From Candidatus Thermofontivivens primus (GTDB taxonomy: Bacteria; Sysuimicrobiota; Sysuimicrobiia; Sysuimicrobiales; Thermofontiviventaceae), in the NCBI GenBank assembly GCA_031458695.1, contig JAVKJW010000004.1:61283-125282 (forward strand): a DNA stretch of 64,000 nt. Direction: 5' to 3'. The position numbers and the translations under genes were made by a program. Positions 34,901-44,115 of the stretch are shown here, piece after piece. The first letter of the stretch is position 1. Every line of letters begins with the position of its first letter. Under the pieces are notes generated by a model. It was not told where the DNA came from, did no database searches, and saw only the letters and a program-made list of their open reading frames with translations.

Positions 34901-35322
34901 CAGTGCACCACCATCACAGGACAGTGAGCATACCACAGCACGTGCTCGGAGACCGATCCCAGCATCCACCGCTGCACCGGCGTCAACTCTCGGCGGCCGA
35001 GGACGATGAGATCGAAGCCTTCCTCCTGAGCGATGCGCACCAAGACCTCTGCCGGATGGCCTACGTGGATCCGAAGGGTGAGGTGTACGTCTGCCCTCCG
35101 GGCCTGCTCCCGAGCCCACCGAAAGGCCCCGGCGAGGGGACCTCGAGCTTCCACAAGCGCTGTGTTCACTTCAGCTTCCATTTCAGCGAACTCCGGCGGC
35201 TGCAATACTGCAACGGTCATCAGTTCGGCGTTATACCTCCTTGTGAGGTCTAACGCAACCTGTAACGCTTTACGGGCAGGATCCGAGCCGTCGTAGCCGA
35301 CCAATATGCGGCGGGACATCAT
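34900..35322 (-). CDS. Universal stress protein
   Basis: ILVGYDGS, GHPAEVL, DLIVLG and LGSVSEHV..AHCPVMVV. Confidence 0.93.
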   Translation of the reverse strand: MMSRRILVGYDGSDPARKALQVALDLTRRYNAELMTVAVLQPPEFAEMEAEVNTALVEARGPLAGAFRWAREQARRADVHLTLRIHVGHPAEVLVRIAQEEGFDLIVLGRRELTPVQRWMLGSVSEHVLWYAHCPVMVVH

Positions 35323-36508
35323 CCACCTTCTGGGCTAAGCAGAGTTCCTATCGAGGTTGAAGATTGATCAATAGAGTGTTTCGGGAGAAAGAATCGGTTG
35401 GCGATCCAGGTTGGGATCACAGCACTCGCGATCGCTGTAGCTACGAGAAGGGAATACTGCGCCTGACCGATGATACCGTGGGTAAGGCCGTACAGAGACG
35501 AGATCGTGCCGAAGGTGAGCCCCGTGGACATGAGAAGCGTAGTGTACATGGTTTCGTCTCGCGCATAGCCGTATTTCCGCGTGAGGGGGAAGATCCCAGT
35601 GAACTTGCTTACTGCCTTCGCAGAGAAGAGCGTGAGGAAGGTCCCGAACCACGCGAGGACCACGGGTACCTGGACTAAGGAGCCAGCCCGGATGAAAGAG
35701 AACGGGGTCAAAAGACCGAAGGTGAGAGTCCGCAGTCGACGGATAAGTGCGTGGTCCCGGCCGACACGGCCTGCGAGCGTCATCCCGATGAGGTAGGCCG
35801 GAAGTACCGCCTCCGAACCCACCCACGCCGCGAGACCACCGAGAGCGAAAAGACTCAACAGGAGGAACGTTGCCTCCACCTCAGAAGCACGCCCTCCGTA
35901 GCGGCGGAAGAACAGACTGGCAAGGCGTTTCAGGATCCACAGGGCCACACCCAGAGTAGCAGCGAAAGTGAGGGTGCGACGAGAGAAGGGAGCGAACAGC
36001 AGCCCTAGGGCAATGACGGTGCCAAGGTCGTTGATAAAGCACGCGGCGAGGATGATCTTACCGTACTCTATGTGGTCGAGGCCGAGTTCAAGGAGCACCG
36101 CGTACACCACCGCCACAGAGGTGGTGGAGAGCGCCACGCCAGCAAGCCAGCTCGCTCCTGGTTCCCAGCCGAGCGACTGCCGAGCAGCCCAGGCTGTACC
36201 CAGGAAGGGGGCGGCGAATCCCACAAGGCCGATCACCGTAGCCTCCTTCCATCGCTTCCGGGAGGCCTCCGGGTCTAGTTCAGCCCCTGCAAGAAAGGTG
36301 AGCACGACGACCCTGCGCTTGCCAGGAAGATGACCCATGCCTCCGAGGCTCCCAAAAGACGGTCTTTACCTATCGCGTCGAGGAGGAACTGTGCTAAGAT
36401 TCCCATGATCTCCGTGAGCGCCATGGAGGCCCTTAGCCAGGAGCCGAATAGTGCAGCCACAAGCGCAAGCCCGAGCCACAGCGCCGCGGTGAACCATATT
36501 TGGTCCAT
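35319..36508 (-). pseudogene. Cation:proton antiporter (CPA2/Kef-type) split by a one-base frameshift
   Basis: N-terminal frame MDQIWFTAALWLGLAL..WVIFLASAG and C-terminal frame VVVLTFLAGAELDP..LSTTSVAVVY..CFINDLGT join if one base is added at the GGG at 36311-36313 (about 396 aa). Confidence 0.8.
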
Positions 36509-36565
36509 GAAGTCCACCTCCCCTCGGGTAGCGGCTAAAGAGAAAAGGCCCCTACCCGCAATTAG

Positions 36566-36616
36566 GTAGGAGCCATCAGCCTCATACCGAGGCGGTTTAG
36601 GCGGACTCCATCGCCC
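36566..36616 (-). ncRNA. Fluoride (crcB) riboswitch
   Basis: Minus strand GGGCGATGGAGTCCGCC-TAAACC-GCCTCGGTATGAGGC-TGATGGCTCCTAC matches the fluoride aptamer with GGAG/CTCC pseudoknot; followed by cctacc..ggtagg + T-rich tail. Confidence 0.92.
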
Positions 36617-36628
36617 TTCTACCACTCT

Positions 36629-36657
36629 ATTCTAAAAGGACACTGTCCCACTGTCAA
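36629..36657 (-). promoter_or_regulatory. Promoter of the fluoride-riboswitch operon
   Basis: TTGACA-N17-TAGAAT. Confidence 0.8.
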
Positions 36658-36752
36658 ACAAACCAAGGCGTCGTCGTTCTGTACTATCGGAACACATCTT
36701 CCCCTCGTTCTCTCTTCGCATGGAAGCCGAGATGGTCTATAATCATTCACTG

Positions 36753-37583
36753 ATGGGAGAGATCACCATCGCCGCGATCACCGACGTTCCCACGCTGCGC
36801 CGCATGGAGGAGCTCCAGCAGGCGATCTGGGGCTCCTCTGAACGCGACGTGGTACCCTATCATCAGCTTCTCGCCGCAGCCGGAAGCGGTGGTGTTGTCC
36901 TCGGTGCGTTCACCGCGAACGGCGAGCTCGTGGGCTTCTGCTACGGATTCGTGGGGGTCCGGGAGGGACAACCTTTCCTCTATTCCCACATGGCGGGCGT
37001 CCTGGCGGAGTATCGCGATCGGGACATTGGCTTCCAGCTCAAGCAGGCACAGCGCCGGGCTGCGCTGGAGAGGGGGTTCGAGAGGATCGTCTGGACCTAC
37101 GACCCTCTTGTGAGCATGAACGCCTATTTCAACCTGCACAAGCTGGGGGCCGTCGCCCGCCGCTATTACGTCAACTACTACGGAGAGATGACCGACTCCC
37201 TCAACCGTGGCCTGGAGAGCGACCGGCTAGAGGTGGACTGGTTCCTTCGTAGCCCTCGCGTAGAGGCATTGGCCAGAGGCGAAGCAGTACAGCGCAAGTG
37301 GCCCGACATCCCCATGGCCTTGGAGGCCAGGGAGTGGCTCCTTGACCTTGCTCCGGCGGATCCCGTCCTGGATTTAGAGGCCCCCGCCCTGGGGGTAGAG
37401 ATCCCCCTGGACTTCCATGGGATCCGGGATCGCGACATCGAGCTTGCCCGGGCTTGGCGGGCGGCCACTCGAGAGGTCTTCCTCCATTACTTCCAGCGCA
37501 ACTACGCAGCCGTTGACTTCATCCTCCGCCGCAAAGGAGAACGCAAGCAAGGGTTGTACATTCTGGAACAACGAGGGAAGTGA
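36753..37583 (+). CDS. GNAT-family acyltransferase (putative D-amino acid N-succinyltransferase)
   Basis: LYSHMAGV, LKQAQR, WTYDPL..NAYFNLHKLG, YYGEM and SDRL; upstream of OSBS/NSAR. Confidence 0.85.
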   Translation: MGEITIAAITDVPTLRRMEELQQAIWGSSERDVVPYHQLLAAAGSGGVVLGAFTANGELVGFCYGFVGVREGQPFLYSHMAGVLAEYRDRDIGFQLKQAQRRAALERGFERIVWTYDPLVSMNAYFNLHKLGAVARRYYVNYYGEMTDSLNRGLESDRLEVDWFLRSPRVEALARGEAVQRKWPDIPMALEAREWLLDLAPADPVLDLEAPALGVEIPLDFHGIRDRDIELARAWRAATREVFLHYFQRNYAAVDFILRRKGERKQGLYILEQRGK

Positions 37584-37593
37584 GGAGCGAAAC

Positions 37594-38703
37594 GTGCGTG
37601 TAGAGGCCATTGAGCTGCGGCAGATCGCTATGCCTCTCCTCTTCCCCTTCGAGACGAGCTTCGGAAGGGAAGAGGTGAAGATCTGTCTCCTCGTCCGCAT
37701 CTACGCAGATGGGCTCTCGGGATGGGGCGAGGCACCGGCAAGCGCAGCCCCTCTCTACAACGAGGAGACTGTTGGGACAGCTTGGCACGTACTGGAAAGC
37801 TTTATCATCCCGCGGGTGCTAGGGTGGACCTTCCACCACCCCTCTGAGTTCCCGGCCCTCGTCAAAGATATCCGGCGCCATCACATGGCCAAAGCTGGGA
37901 TCGAAGCGGCGCTGTGGGACTTGTTCTGTCAAGCCGAAAGCATCCCACTGTACCAAGCCCTCGGAGGAGAACGGAGAAGAATCGTCGTGGGCGTGAGTTT
38001 GGGCATCGAAGAGACCGTGGACAAGCTTCTCAGCCGGATCGAGGACTTTCTGGCGAGGGGATACCGACGCATCAAGGTGAAGATCAAACCCGGGTGGGAT
38101 GTGGAGGTCGTCAAAGCCATCCGGCGTACCTTCGGGGAGATCCTCCTGCAGGTGGACGCGAACTCCGCCTACACCTTGGAAGACATTCCCATTTTCGAAG
38201 CGCTGGATGCATTCCACCTTCTCCTCATCGAGCAGCCCCTCGCCGAGGACGACCTCGTCGACCATGCAAAGCTGCAGGCAAAGCTTTCCACCCCCATCTG
38301 TCTCGATGAGTCCATCGTCCACCCCGAGGACGCCCGCAAGGCCATCGAGCTGGGGAGCTGCCGAGTCATCAACATCAAGCAGGCCCGCCTCGGCGGTCTC
38401 TCAGCCGCCCTGCGCACGCACGACATCTGTCAGGAGCGCAATGTCCCTGTGTGGTGCGGTGGTCTCCTGGAGACAGGCGTGGGAAGGGCAGTGAACATTG
38501 CTTTGGCCTCGCTTTCCAACTTTCGCTTGCCCGCAGATCTCTCCGCAAGCGACCGGTACTTCCAGGAAGATATCATCGAGCCCCCTGTGACGCTGAATCC
38601 CGACGGGACGATTACCGTTCCCACAGCTCCAGGGCTGGGATTCCAGGTCGTGGAAGAACGGGTGGAGAAGTACACCGTTCGGAAGCAGGTGTTCCGGTTG
38701 TAA
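37594..38703 (+). CDS. menC: o-succinylbenzoate synthase / N-succinylamino acid racemase (enolase superfamily)
   Basis: PFETSFG, KVKIKPG, VDANSAY, IEQP, CLDES and WCGGLLETGVGR. Confidence 0.88.
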   Translation: MRVEAIELRQIAMPLLFPFETSFGREEVKICLLVRIYADGLSGWGEAPASAAPLYNEETVGTAWHVLESFIIPRVLGWTFHHPSEFPALVKDIRRHHMAKAGIEAALWDLFCQAESIPLYQALGGERRRIVVGVSLGIEETVDKLLSRIEDFLARGYRRIKVKIKPGWDVEVVKAIRRTFGEILLQVDANSAYTLEDIPIFEALDAFHLLLIEQPLAEDDLVDHAKLQAKLSTPICLDESIVHPEDARKAIELGSCRVINIKQARLGGLSAALRTHDICQERNVPVWCGGLLETGVGRAVNIALASLSNFRLPADLSASDRYFQEDIIEPPVTLNPDGTITVPTAPGLGFQVVEERVEKYTVRKQVFRL

Positions 38704-38774
38704 GGATGCACCGTCTCCGGCCGGATTGCTTCTCCCAGGAGGACGAATGCCTGAGAACCTCAACCAATAAAGCA

Positions 38775-41498
38775 CTACGGGCGGGTCTGTCGGGAGAGGC
38801 GCTCCAGTATCTGTCCGACCTCTTCGATCTCCCGAGCGTAGCCTTGGAGGTCGCCCTGGCGCAGTCTCTCCTGTGCACGCCGGTACGCTTCCCATGCCTG
38901 CTGGAGGAGTTGCCGCACCGTACCTCCCACCTGTTCCTGGGAAGCTTGAGGCCGGGCTCTCTGGATCGCCTCCGGCATTTGGAAGATCCGTGCCAGGGCA
39001 TCCTCTACGTTCCCCTCCATGACAATCCTCTGTCCAGAAGCGACGATCACACGCTTCAACTCGGGAAGCTGGCTTCGCTCGGCCTGGAGGAAGAGGGGCT
39101 CCACATAGAGGATCGCGTCCTCGATGGGGATGACGAGAAGATTCCCCCGGATTACCTGAGATCCCTGCTGATTCCAAAGCGTCAATTGCTCGGAAATGAT
39201 GGGGTCCTGGTTGATGCGGGACTCAATCTGCATGGGCCCATACACCACGCGCTCCTTGGGAAACCTGTAAAGGAGCAGCTCGCCGTAATGTGGCGGATCG
39301 CTCCGGGCTGCAAACCACGCCACCATGTTGTCTTTGTTGGCAGGCGTGAAGGGGAGGATCAGCACGAACTCCGGGGGAAGACCCTCTTCCAGCTTCATGA
39401 CCACATAGTAGGGCTCCACAGGAACGCTCTCGTTCCCAAAGAGCTCCGTGGGAATGGCCCACTGGTCCTCACGGTTGTAGAAGACACGGGGGTCCTGCAT
39501 GTGAAAGGTCAGGTAGATCCGTGCCTGGATGGTGAACAGGTCGACAGGATAGCGGAGGTGTTGTCGTAGGACTTCCGGCATTGCGTCCAGTGGCTTGAAG
39601 AAACCGGGGAAGATCTTCGCATACGTGCCGGCAACGGGGTCCCTGGGATCTACAAGGTAGAAATCCACCGTGCCGTTGTACGCATCGATGACGGCCTTCA
39701 CGGAGTTCCGGATGTAGTTGATGCCTTCGAGGGGTGTGGCATAGGGTGCACGGTCCGAAGTCGTGTATGCATCGAGGATCCAGTACAACCGGCCATTGGC
39801 AAGGACGAGGTAAGGATCACGATCGTACCGAAGGAAGGGAGCGATGCGTCGAACGCGTTCCTGGATGTTGCGGGCGAACAGAACTCGACTCTGCCGCGTG
39901 ATGTCCTCAGAGAAGAGCAGCTTGATCGTCCCGAACCGGTAGGCGAAGGCAATCTTGCGCCACGGGTTCGAGAGCGGGATCCCCCCTCGCCCTTGGTAGG
40001 TTGTATACACATTCTCCTGCCCAAGGGGGTAGTCGAACTCGGAAACCCTGGTGTTGACCACCACATATTGGTCCGTAAGCTCCCCATAATAGATCTCCGG
40101 TCGCTCGATGCCTAGCTGCGGTGGGGCCTTTGGGGGGATATCCTGGATGAGGAAGTGCGGCATCCCTTCTTCGGTCACCCGGTTTACAGGATTCATAACG
40201 AGGCCATACCCGTGGGTGAAGACGAGGTGTTCGTTCACCCATGTCCTTGCCTGCTCAGGAAGGCGCCGGAGGTCAACCTCCCGAGCTCCGAGCATGACCT
40301 GCTGGATCCGGCCATCAAGGAGATAGCGGTCGACATCCACGTCAGCGAAAACATAGTACTGACGGAGGCTCTGGAGCTGGTTATACGCACGGAGGAGGGG
40401 CCGGTAATCCCACAGGCGGATGTTCTCGATGGTTTCCCGGTTTCGGGCAAGGGCCTCCTCTGGCAGGGTATCCCTCACAGGAAATGCACGGTCCCGCACG
40501 CGATCGAGCCCAAAGGCCCACAAGGTGGCCCGGATCCCGTTGCGGATGTAGGGTATCTCCACAGTGAGCTCGTTGGGAGCCACCTGGAATTGCTGGACCA
40601 AGGCAGGAACGACCCCAAGCCCGACGAGCCACATGACGAGGAATGCAGAGGTTACGCCTAGCGCGAGGCGAAGTGTCCGGAGACGGATGCTGGCAAATAG
40701 CAAGATCGCGGCGGCCGCGCTGAAGAGCGCCAGCAGGCGCAATGCAGGGAGGGTAGCGTGCAGATCCGTGAAGGTGGCTCCAAAGATCGCACCCCTTCTG
40801 GAATACAGAATCTCATAACCGTCCAGCCAGAAACGTATTCCTTCGAGGAGGAGGATCGAGCCCCCGAGAGCGAGGAGGTGGTTCCAAATCCGCCGGGGGA
40901 TAGCCCACAGCCTACGCTCCAAAAGAGGCAGAAGTCCAAGAACGTACCCCACGCTGACTACAACCAGCATCAGAAGAAGCCAGGAGGTGAGCCAGGAAAC
41001 GAGGAAGCGATAGAGGGGGAGGCGGAAGAAGTAGAAACCCAGGTCGAGCCCAAAGATAGGATCCTTCCGCCCAAAGGGTAGGGCATGGAGGAACTGCTGG
41101 AACATCGCCCACCGGCCAGAGACCGAAAGACCACCAAGGAAAGCCACCACCCCAACGGCGACCATTCTGAGGAAGGGCCGGATCCTGCGTACTTTCTGCT
41201 CAAACACCCCCCTCCCCGTGGGAAACATCTCGATGATCGAGGAGCGAGGAGGGAAAGCACGAAAGAGAGGAGTCAGGTTGAGAGAAAGAAGGAGGAAGAG
41301 GAAAGCTCCCGTCCCGACAGTGACCGCGACCCGGGTGAGGAAAGGAATCCAGAAGACCTGCGTGTACCCTAGTTCAACGAACCAGAGCCAGTCCGTGTAC
41401 CAGCGGGAGAGGGTCGGGGTCAGGACGAGAAGCAATAAGAGCAAGATCACGAGGATCCATCGGAGCGCCCGCACCGAAATCCTCCTCCTTCGCGTCAT
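38775..41498 (-). CDS. UPF0182 family membrane protein
   Basis: YTDWLWF..LGY, DPIFGLDLGFY, NIRLWD, WVNEHLVFTHGYG and NYIRNSVK. Confidence 0.93.
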   Translation of the reverse strand: MTRRRRISVRALRWILVILLLLLLVLTPTLSRWYTDWLWFVELGYTQVFWIPFLTRVAVTVGTGAFLFLLLSLNLTPLFRAFPPRSSIIEMFPTGRGVFEQKVRRIRPFLRMVAVGVVAFLGGLSVSGRWAMFQQFLHALPFGRKDPIFGLDLGFYFFRLPLYRFLVSWLTSWLLLMLVVVSVGYVLGLLPLLERRLWAIPRRIWNHLLALGGSILLLEGIRFWLDGYEILYSRRGAIFGATFTDLHATLPALRLLALFSAAAAILLFASIRLRTLRLALGVTSAFLVMWLVGLGVVPALVQQFQVAPNELTVEIPYIRNGIRATLWAFGLDRVRDRAFPVRDTLPEEALARNRETIENIRLWDYRPLLRAYNQLQSLRQYYVFADVDVDRYLLDGRIQQVMLGAREVDLRRLPEQARTWVNEHLVFTHGYGLVMNPVNRVTEEGMPHFLIQDIPPKAPPQLGIERPEIYYGELTDQYVVVNTRVSEFDYPLGQENVYTTYQGRGGIPLSNPWRKIAFAYRFGTIKLLFSEDITRQSRVLFARNIQERVRRIAPFLRYDRDPYLVLANGRLYWILDAYTTSDRAPYATPLEGINYIRNSVKAVIDAYNGTVDFYLVDPRDPVAGTYAKIFPGFFKPLDAMPEVLRQHLRYPVDLFTIQARIYLTFHMQDPRVFYNREDQWAIPTELFGNESVPVEPYYVVMKLEEGLPPEFVLILPFTPANKDNMVAWFAARSDPPHYGELLLYRFPKERVVYGPMQIESRINQDPIISEQLTLWNQQGSQVIRGNLLVIPIEDAILYVEPLFLQAERSQLPELKRVIVASGQRIVMEGNVEDALARIFQMPEAIQRARPQASQEQVGGTVRQLLQQAWEAYRRAQERLRQGDLQGYAREIEEVGQILERLSRQTRP

Positions 41499-41589
41499 GT
41501 CACTCCATTATAGCATGGCACGTTTGACCCATGGGGAGCGCAATGGTAAAGTAGTCTATGACGGCGGAGAAGTATGGAGGTGGCCCAGC

Positions 41590-41901
41590 GTGGTAACGAA
41601 GGAACAGGTCATTGAGGTCCTCAAAACATGCTACGACCCCGAGATCCCCCTCAACATCTGGGATCTTGGCCTCGTCTATGACATCGCCATCGAGGGGAGC
41701 ACGGTGAACATCACCATGACCCTTACGGCCATCGGCTGCCCCGTGGGCCCTTGGCTCGCTGAGGACATCCGGGGGAAACTCCTCCAGCTTGAAGGCATCG
41801 AGGAAGTCAACGTTAACTTCGTTTGGTCGCCACCCTGGACTCCGGAACGTCTCACTCCAGAGGGACGGATGGCCCTTCAGGCGATGGGGTACCCGGTGTA
41901 A
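41590..41901 (+). CDS. DUF59/SufT-like Fe-S cluster assembly protein
   Basis: DPEIPLNIWDLGLVY, TLTAIGCP and WSPPW. Confidence 0.9.
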   Translation: MVTKEQVIEVLKTCYDPEIPLNIWDLGLVYDIAIEGSTVNITMTLTAIGCPVGPWLAEDIRGKLLQLEGIEEVNVNFVWSPPWTPERLTPEGRMALQAMGYPV

Positions 41902-41935
41902 GTCCTAAGGAAAAGACCAAGCTCTCCGCTGGAGA

Positions 41936-42361
41936 TCAACCAACCTGCACAACCTCAAAGTCTAGGAGAAGAACCTTCCCAGCGAGAGGGTGGTTAAAGT
42001 CCAAGGTGATGGTCTCCGCGTCCACGGCAACGATCTTGGCTGTCTGCTCCTGCCCCTCGGGAGTGGAGATCTGAACCATATCTCCAAGAGTGACCTGTTC
42101 CCCGCCCCGTAGGCTCTGCTTTGGGATGCGAAGTACGAGATCGTCCCTGTGGGCGCCGTAGGCCTCTTCTGGGGGAATGCGAAGTTCCTTGCGCTCGCCC
42201 TCGTTCATCCCCATCAGCGCTTCCTCTAGGGCTGGGAGGACCCGATCCTTCCCCACCACGATCTTGTAAGGCTCGCTTCCCTCGGTTGTCTCCAGGACCG
42301 TGCCGTCTTCCAGCCGCACCGTGTAGTGCAGGGCCACACTGCTTCCTTGCTGAACACCCAT
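41936..42361 (-). CDS. slyD: FKBP-type peptidyl-prolyl isomerase (SlyD-like)
   Basis: LEEALMGM, IPPEEAYG and DFNHPLAGK. Confidence 0.9.
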   Translation of the reverse strand: MGVQQGSSVALHYTVRLEDGTVLETTEGSEPYKIVVGKDRVLPALEEALMGMNEGERKELRIPPEEAYGAHRDDLVLRIPKQSLRGGEQVTLGDMVQISTPEGQEQTAKIVAVDAETITLDFNHPLAGKVLLLDFEVVQVG

Positions 42362-42510
42362 CGATCTGCCTCCCCCTGTAGAACTACCACCACCTTAACA
42401 GACCTCTCCGCGAATGTCAAAGGGTGATCCTGGAGATCCCTCAATTTGAAGAATTGAAAAGCAACAAGGGTTTCCGCTATAGCTATGGAGCCGCGGTTTT
42501 TAAGGTGGCC

Positions 42511-42544
42511 TGGCGAAAGTCAAAAGGCTTTTGCCGGGGTACTT
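42511..42544 (-). repeat. Dispersed palindromic element, copy C
   Basis: Minus strand aagtaccccggcaaaagccttttgactttcgcca, starting at the permease stop codon. Confidence 0.75.
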
Positions 42545-43316
42545 AACTCACCCGCAGGTGCAACTCCGGGATCCCTTTGACCCGCCTCTCGAAGGCCAAG
42601 AGGAGGGCGTTGGCTGCTAACGCAAGCATGAAAAGAACCAGGATGACCGCAAGGATCCGCGATGCATCAAACGCCGCGCCGAAGGACATCAAGAGAAATC
42701 CCATGCCGGCCCTACTCGCGAACATCTCCCCGAGCACCACGCCAAGGAGTGTCAGGTTGAAACCAAGCCGGAGTCCAACCACAATGCCAGGGAGAACTGC
42801 AGGGAAAACCACGCTTCTGAACGTCTCCAGGCGACCCAACCGGAGCGAGCGGGCTACCTTAAGATGCACAGGGTTCATCGTGCGCATCGCGGTCCATGTG
42901 TAAATGGCCACAGGGAAAAGGCCATGAAACGCCCCAAAAGCGATCTTTGAAGGAATCCCGAGCTTAAAGGCGGCCAAGAAGAGTGGGAAGAGCGTAACCT
43001 TGGGGACTGCGTACAGGTTGAGGAGCGGACCCTCGAATGCGCCAAACAACAATGGACTTGCCCCGATTGAGAACCCAACAAAGAGGCCGACCCCGACTGC
43101 CCAGGCGTATCCCCATAGTACCTCAAGTAAAGTAGTCCACAAGTGGGAGACCATCCAGCCGCGTTGTAGGCCATCGAGGAGCGTACGGAGCGCAGAAGCC
43201 GGACCTGGCAGAAACATCGGCCCGGTGCGCGAGGCGAGGAATTGCCAGATCACCATGAAGGCGCACACAACGGCAATCTGGCCAGAACGGATTTTCCAGG
43301 AGAGGTTCCTACTCAT
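42543..43316 (-). CDS. ABC transporter permease (NitT/TauT type)
   Basis: VPKVTLFPL, VVFPAVLPGI and GEMFASRAGMG. Confidence 0.9.
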   Translation of the reverse strand: MSRNLSWKIRSGQIAVVCAFMVIWQFLASRTGPMFLPGPASALRTLLDGLQRGWMVSHLWTTLLEVLWGYAWAVGVGLFVGFSIGASPLLFGAFEGPLLNLYAVPKVTLFPLFLAAFKLGIPSKIAFGAFHGLFPVAIYTWTAMRTMNPVHLKVARSLRLGRLETFRSVVFPAVLPGIVVGLRLGFNLTLLGVVLGEMFASRAGMGFLLMSFGAAFDASRILAVILVLFMLALAANALLLAFERRVKGIPELHLRVS

Positions 43317-44104
43317 TCAACCCGAGTATAGAGCCTGCGTTCGATCCATGTGAGAACGGAGTTGGCCAACATCACACCGCCGATCACTAAGATGATCGCC
43401 GCGTACATGTTGGCAGTTTCAAAGTTGCGGTACGAACGATCGATAACGTGGCCCAGGCCACGAACGGAGATCAGGAACTCCGATGCAATGACAGAGATCG
43501 TGCTGTAGACAAACGCAAGCTTCCAGCCGCTGAACACAAAGGGAGCAGCGCCCGGAAGGTAGATGGATAGGTACATCTGTACTGGTCGGAGCCCTAGGCT
43601 CCGACCCACCTTCGGGTAGATCTCCTCATCAACCCTCCGAAGCCCAAGGGCTGTATTCACAATCACAACGACGACCGCGAAAAGGAAACCTAAGAGCACG
43701 ATGGGGAGGAAACCGATTCCAAAAAGGAGGATGAAAAGGGGATAGAGAGCAAAGATCGGTAGAGCGTAATAAACCACGAGATAAGGATTGAGAATCCTGG
43801 CGAGTACAGGGAAGCGCCAGAGTAGAACTCCTGCAGGCGTGCCAATCAGTACGGCCCCGGCATAGCTTACGAGGATGCTCCCAAGGGTAGCGCTCAAGTG
43901 GGAAGCAAGCGTGGGAGTGCCCGCGCGGGCGAAGTAGGGGGAAGGGATAGTGCCACTGAACAGGATCTCACCAAGACGCACAAGGATCACAGACACAGGC
44001 TCCAGGGTTGACGGGCGAACGAGACCCGCCCTTGGAAGCACCTCCAGGACTAGGAGAAACGCAAGCACTGTGAGCCAGCGCAAGACAAGAATTCTTGCTT
44101 TCAA
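43313..44104 (-). CDS. ABC transporter permease (NitT/TauT type)
   Basis: YALPIFALYPLFI, YLPGAAPFVFSG and SEFL..GLG; start approximate. Confidence 0.88.
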   Translation of the reverse strand: MKARILVLRWLTVLAFLLVLEVLPRAGLVRPSTLEPVSVILVRLGEILFSGTIPSPYFARAGTPTLASHLSATLGSILVSYAGAVLIGTPAGVLLWRFPVLARILNPYLVVYYALPIFALYPLFILLFGIGFLPIVLLGFLFAVVVVIVNTALGLRRVDEEIYPKVGRSLGLRPVQMYLSIYLPGAAPFVFSGWKLAFVYSTISVIASEFLISVRGLGHVIDRSYRNFETANMYAAIILVIGGVMLANSVLTWIERRLYTRVE

Positions 44105-44115
44105 GCTCAGACCCC

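Noticed and set aside
2911..42544. CRISPR array from the repeated palindromes
   Set aside because: The copies are kilobases apart with no regular spacers, and no cas genes are in the window.
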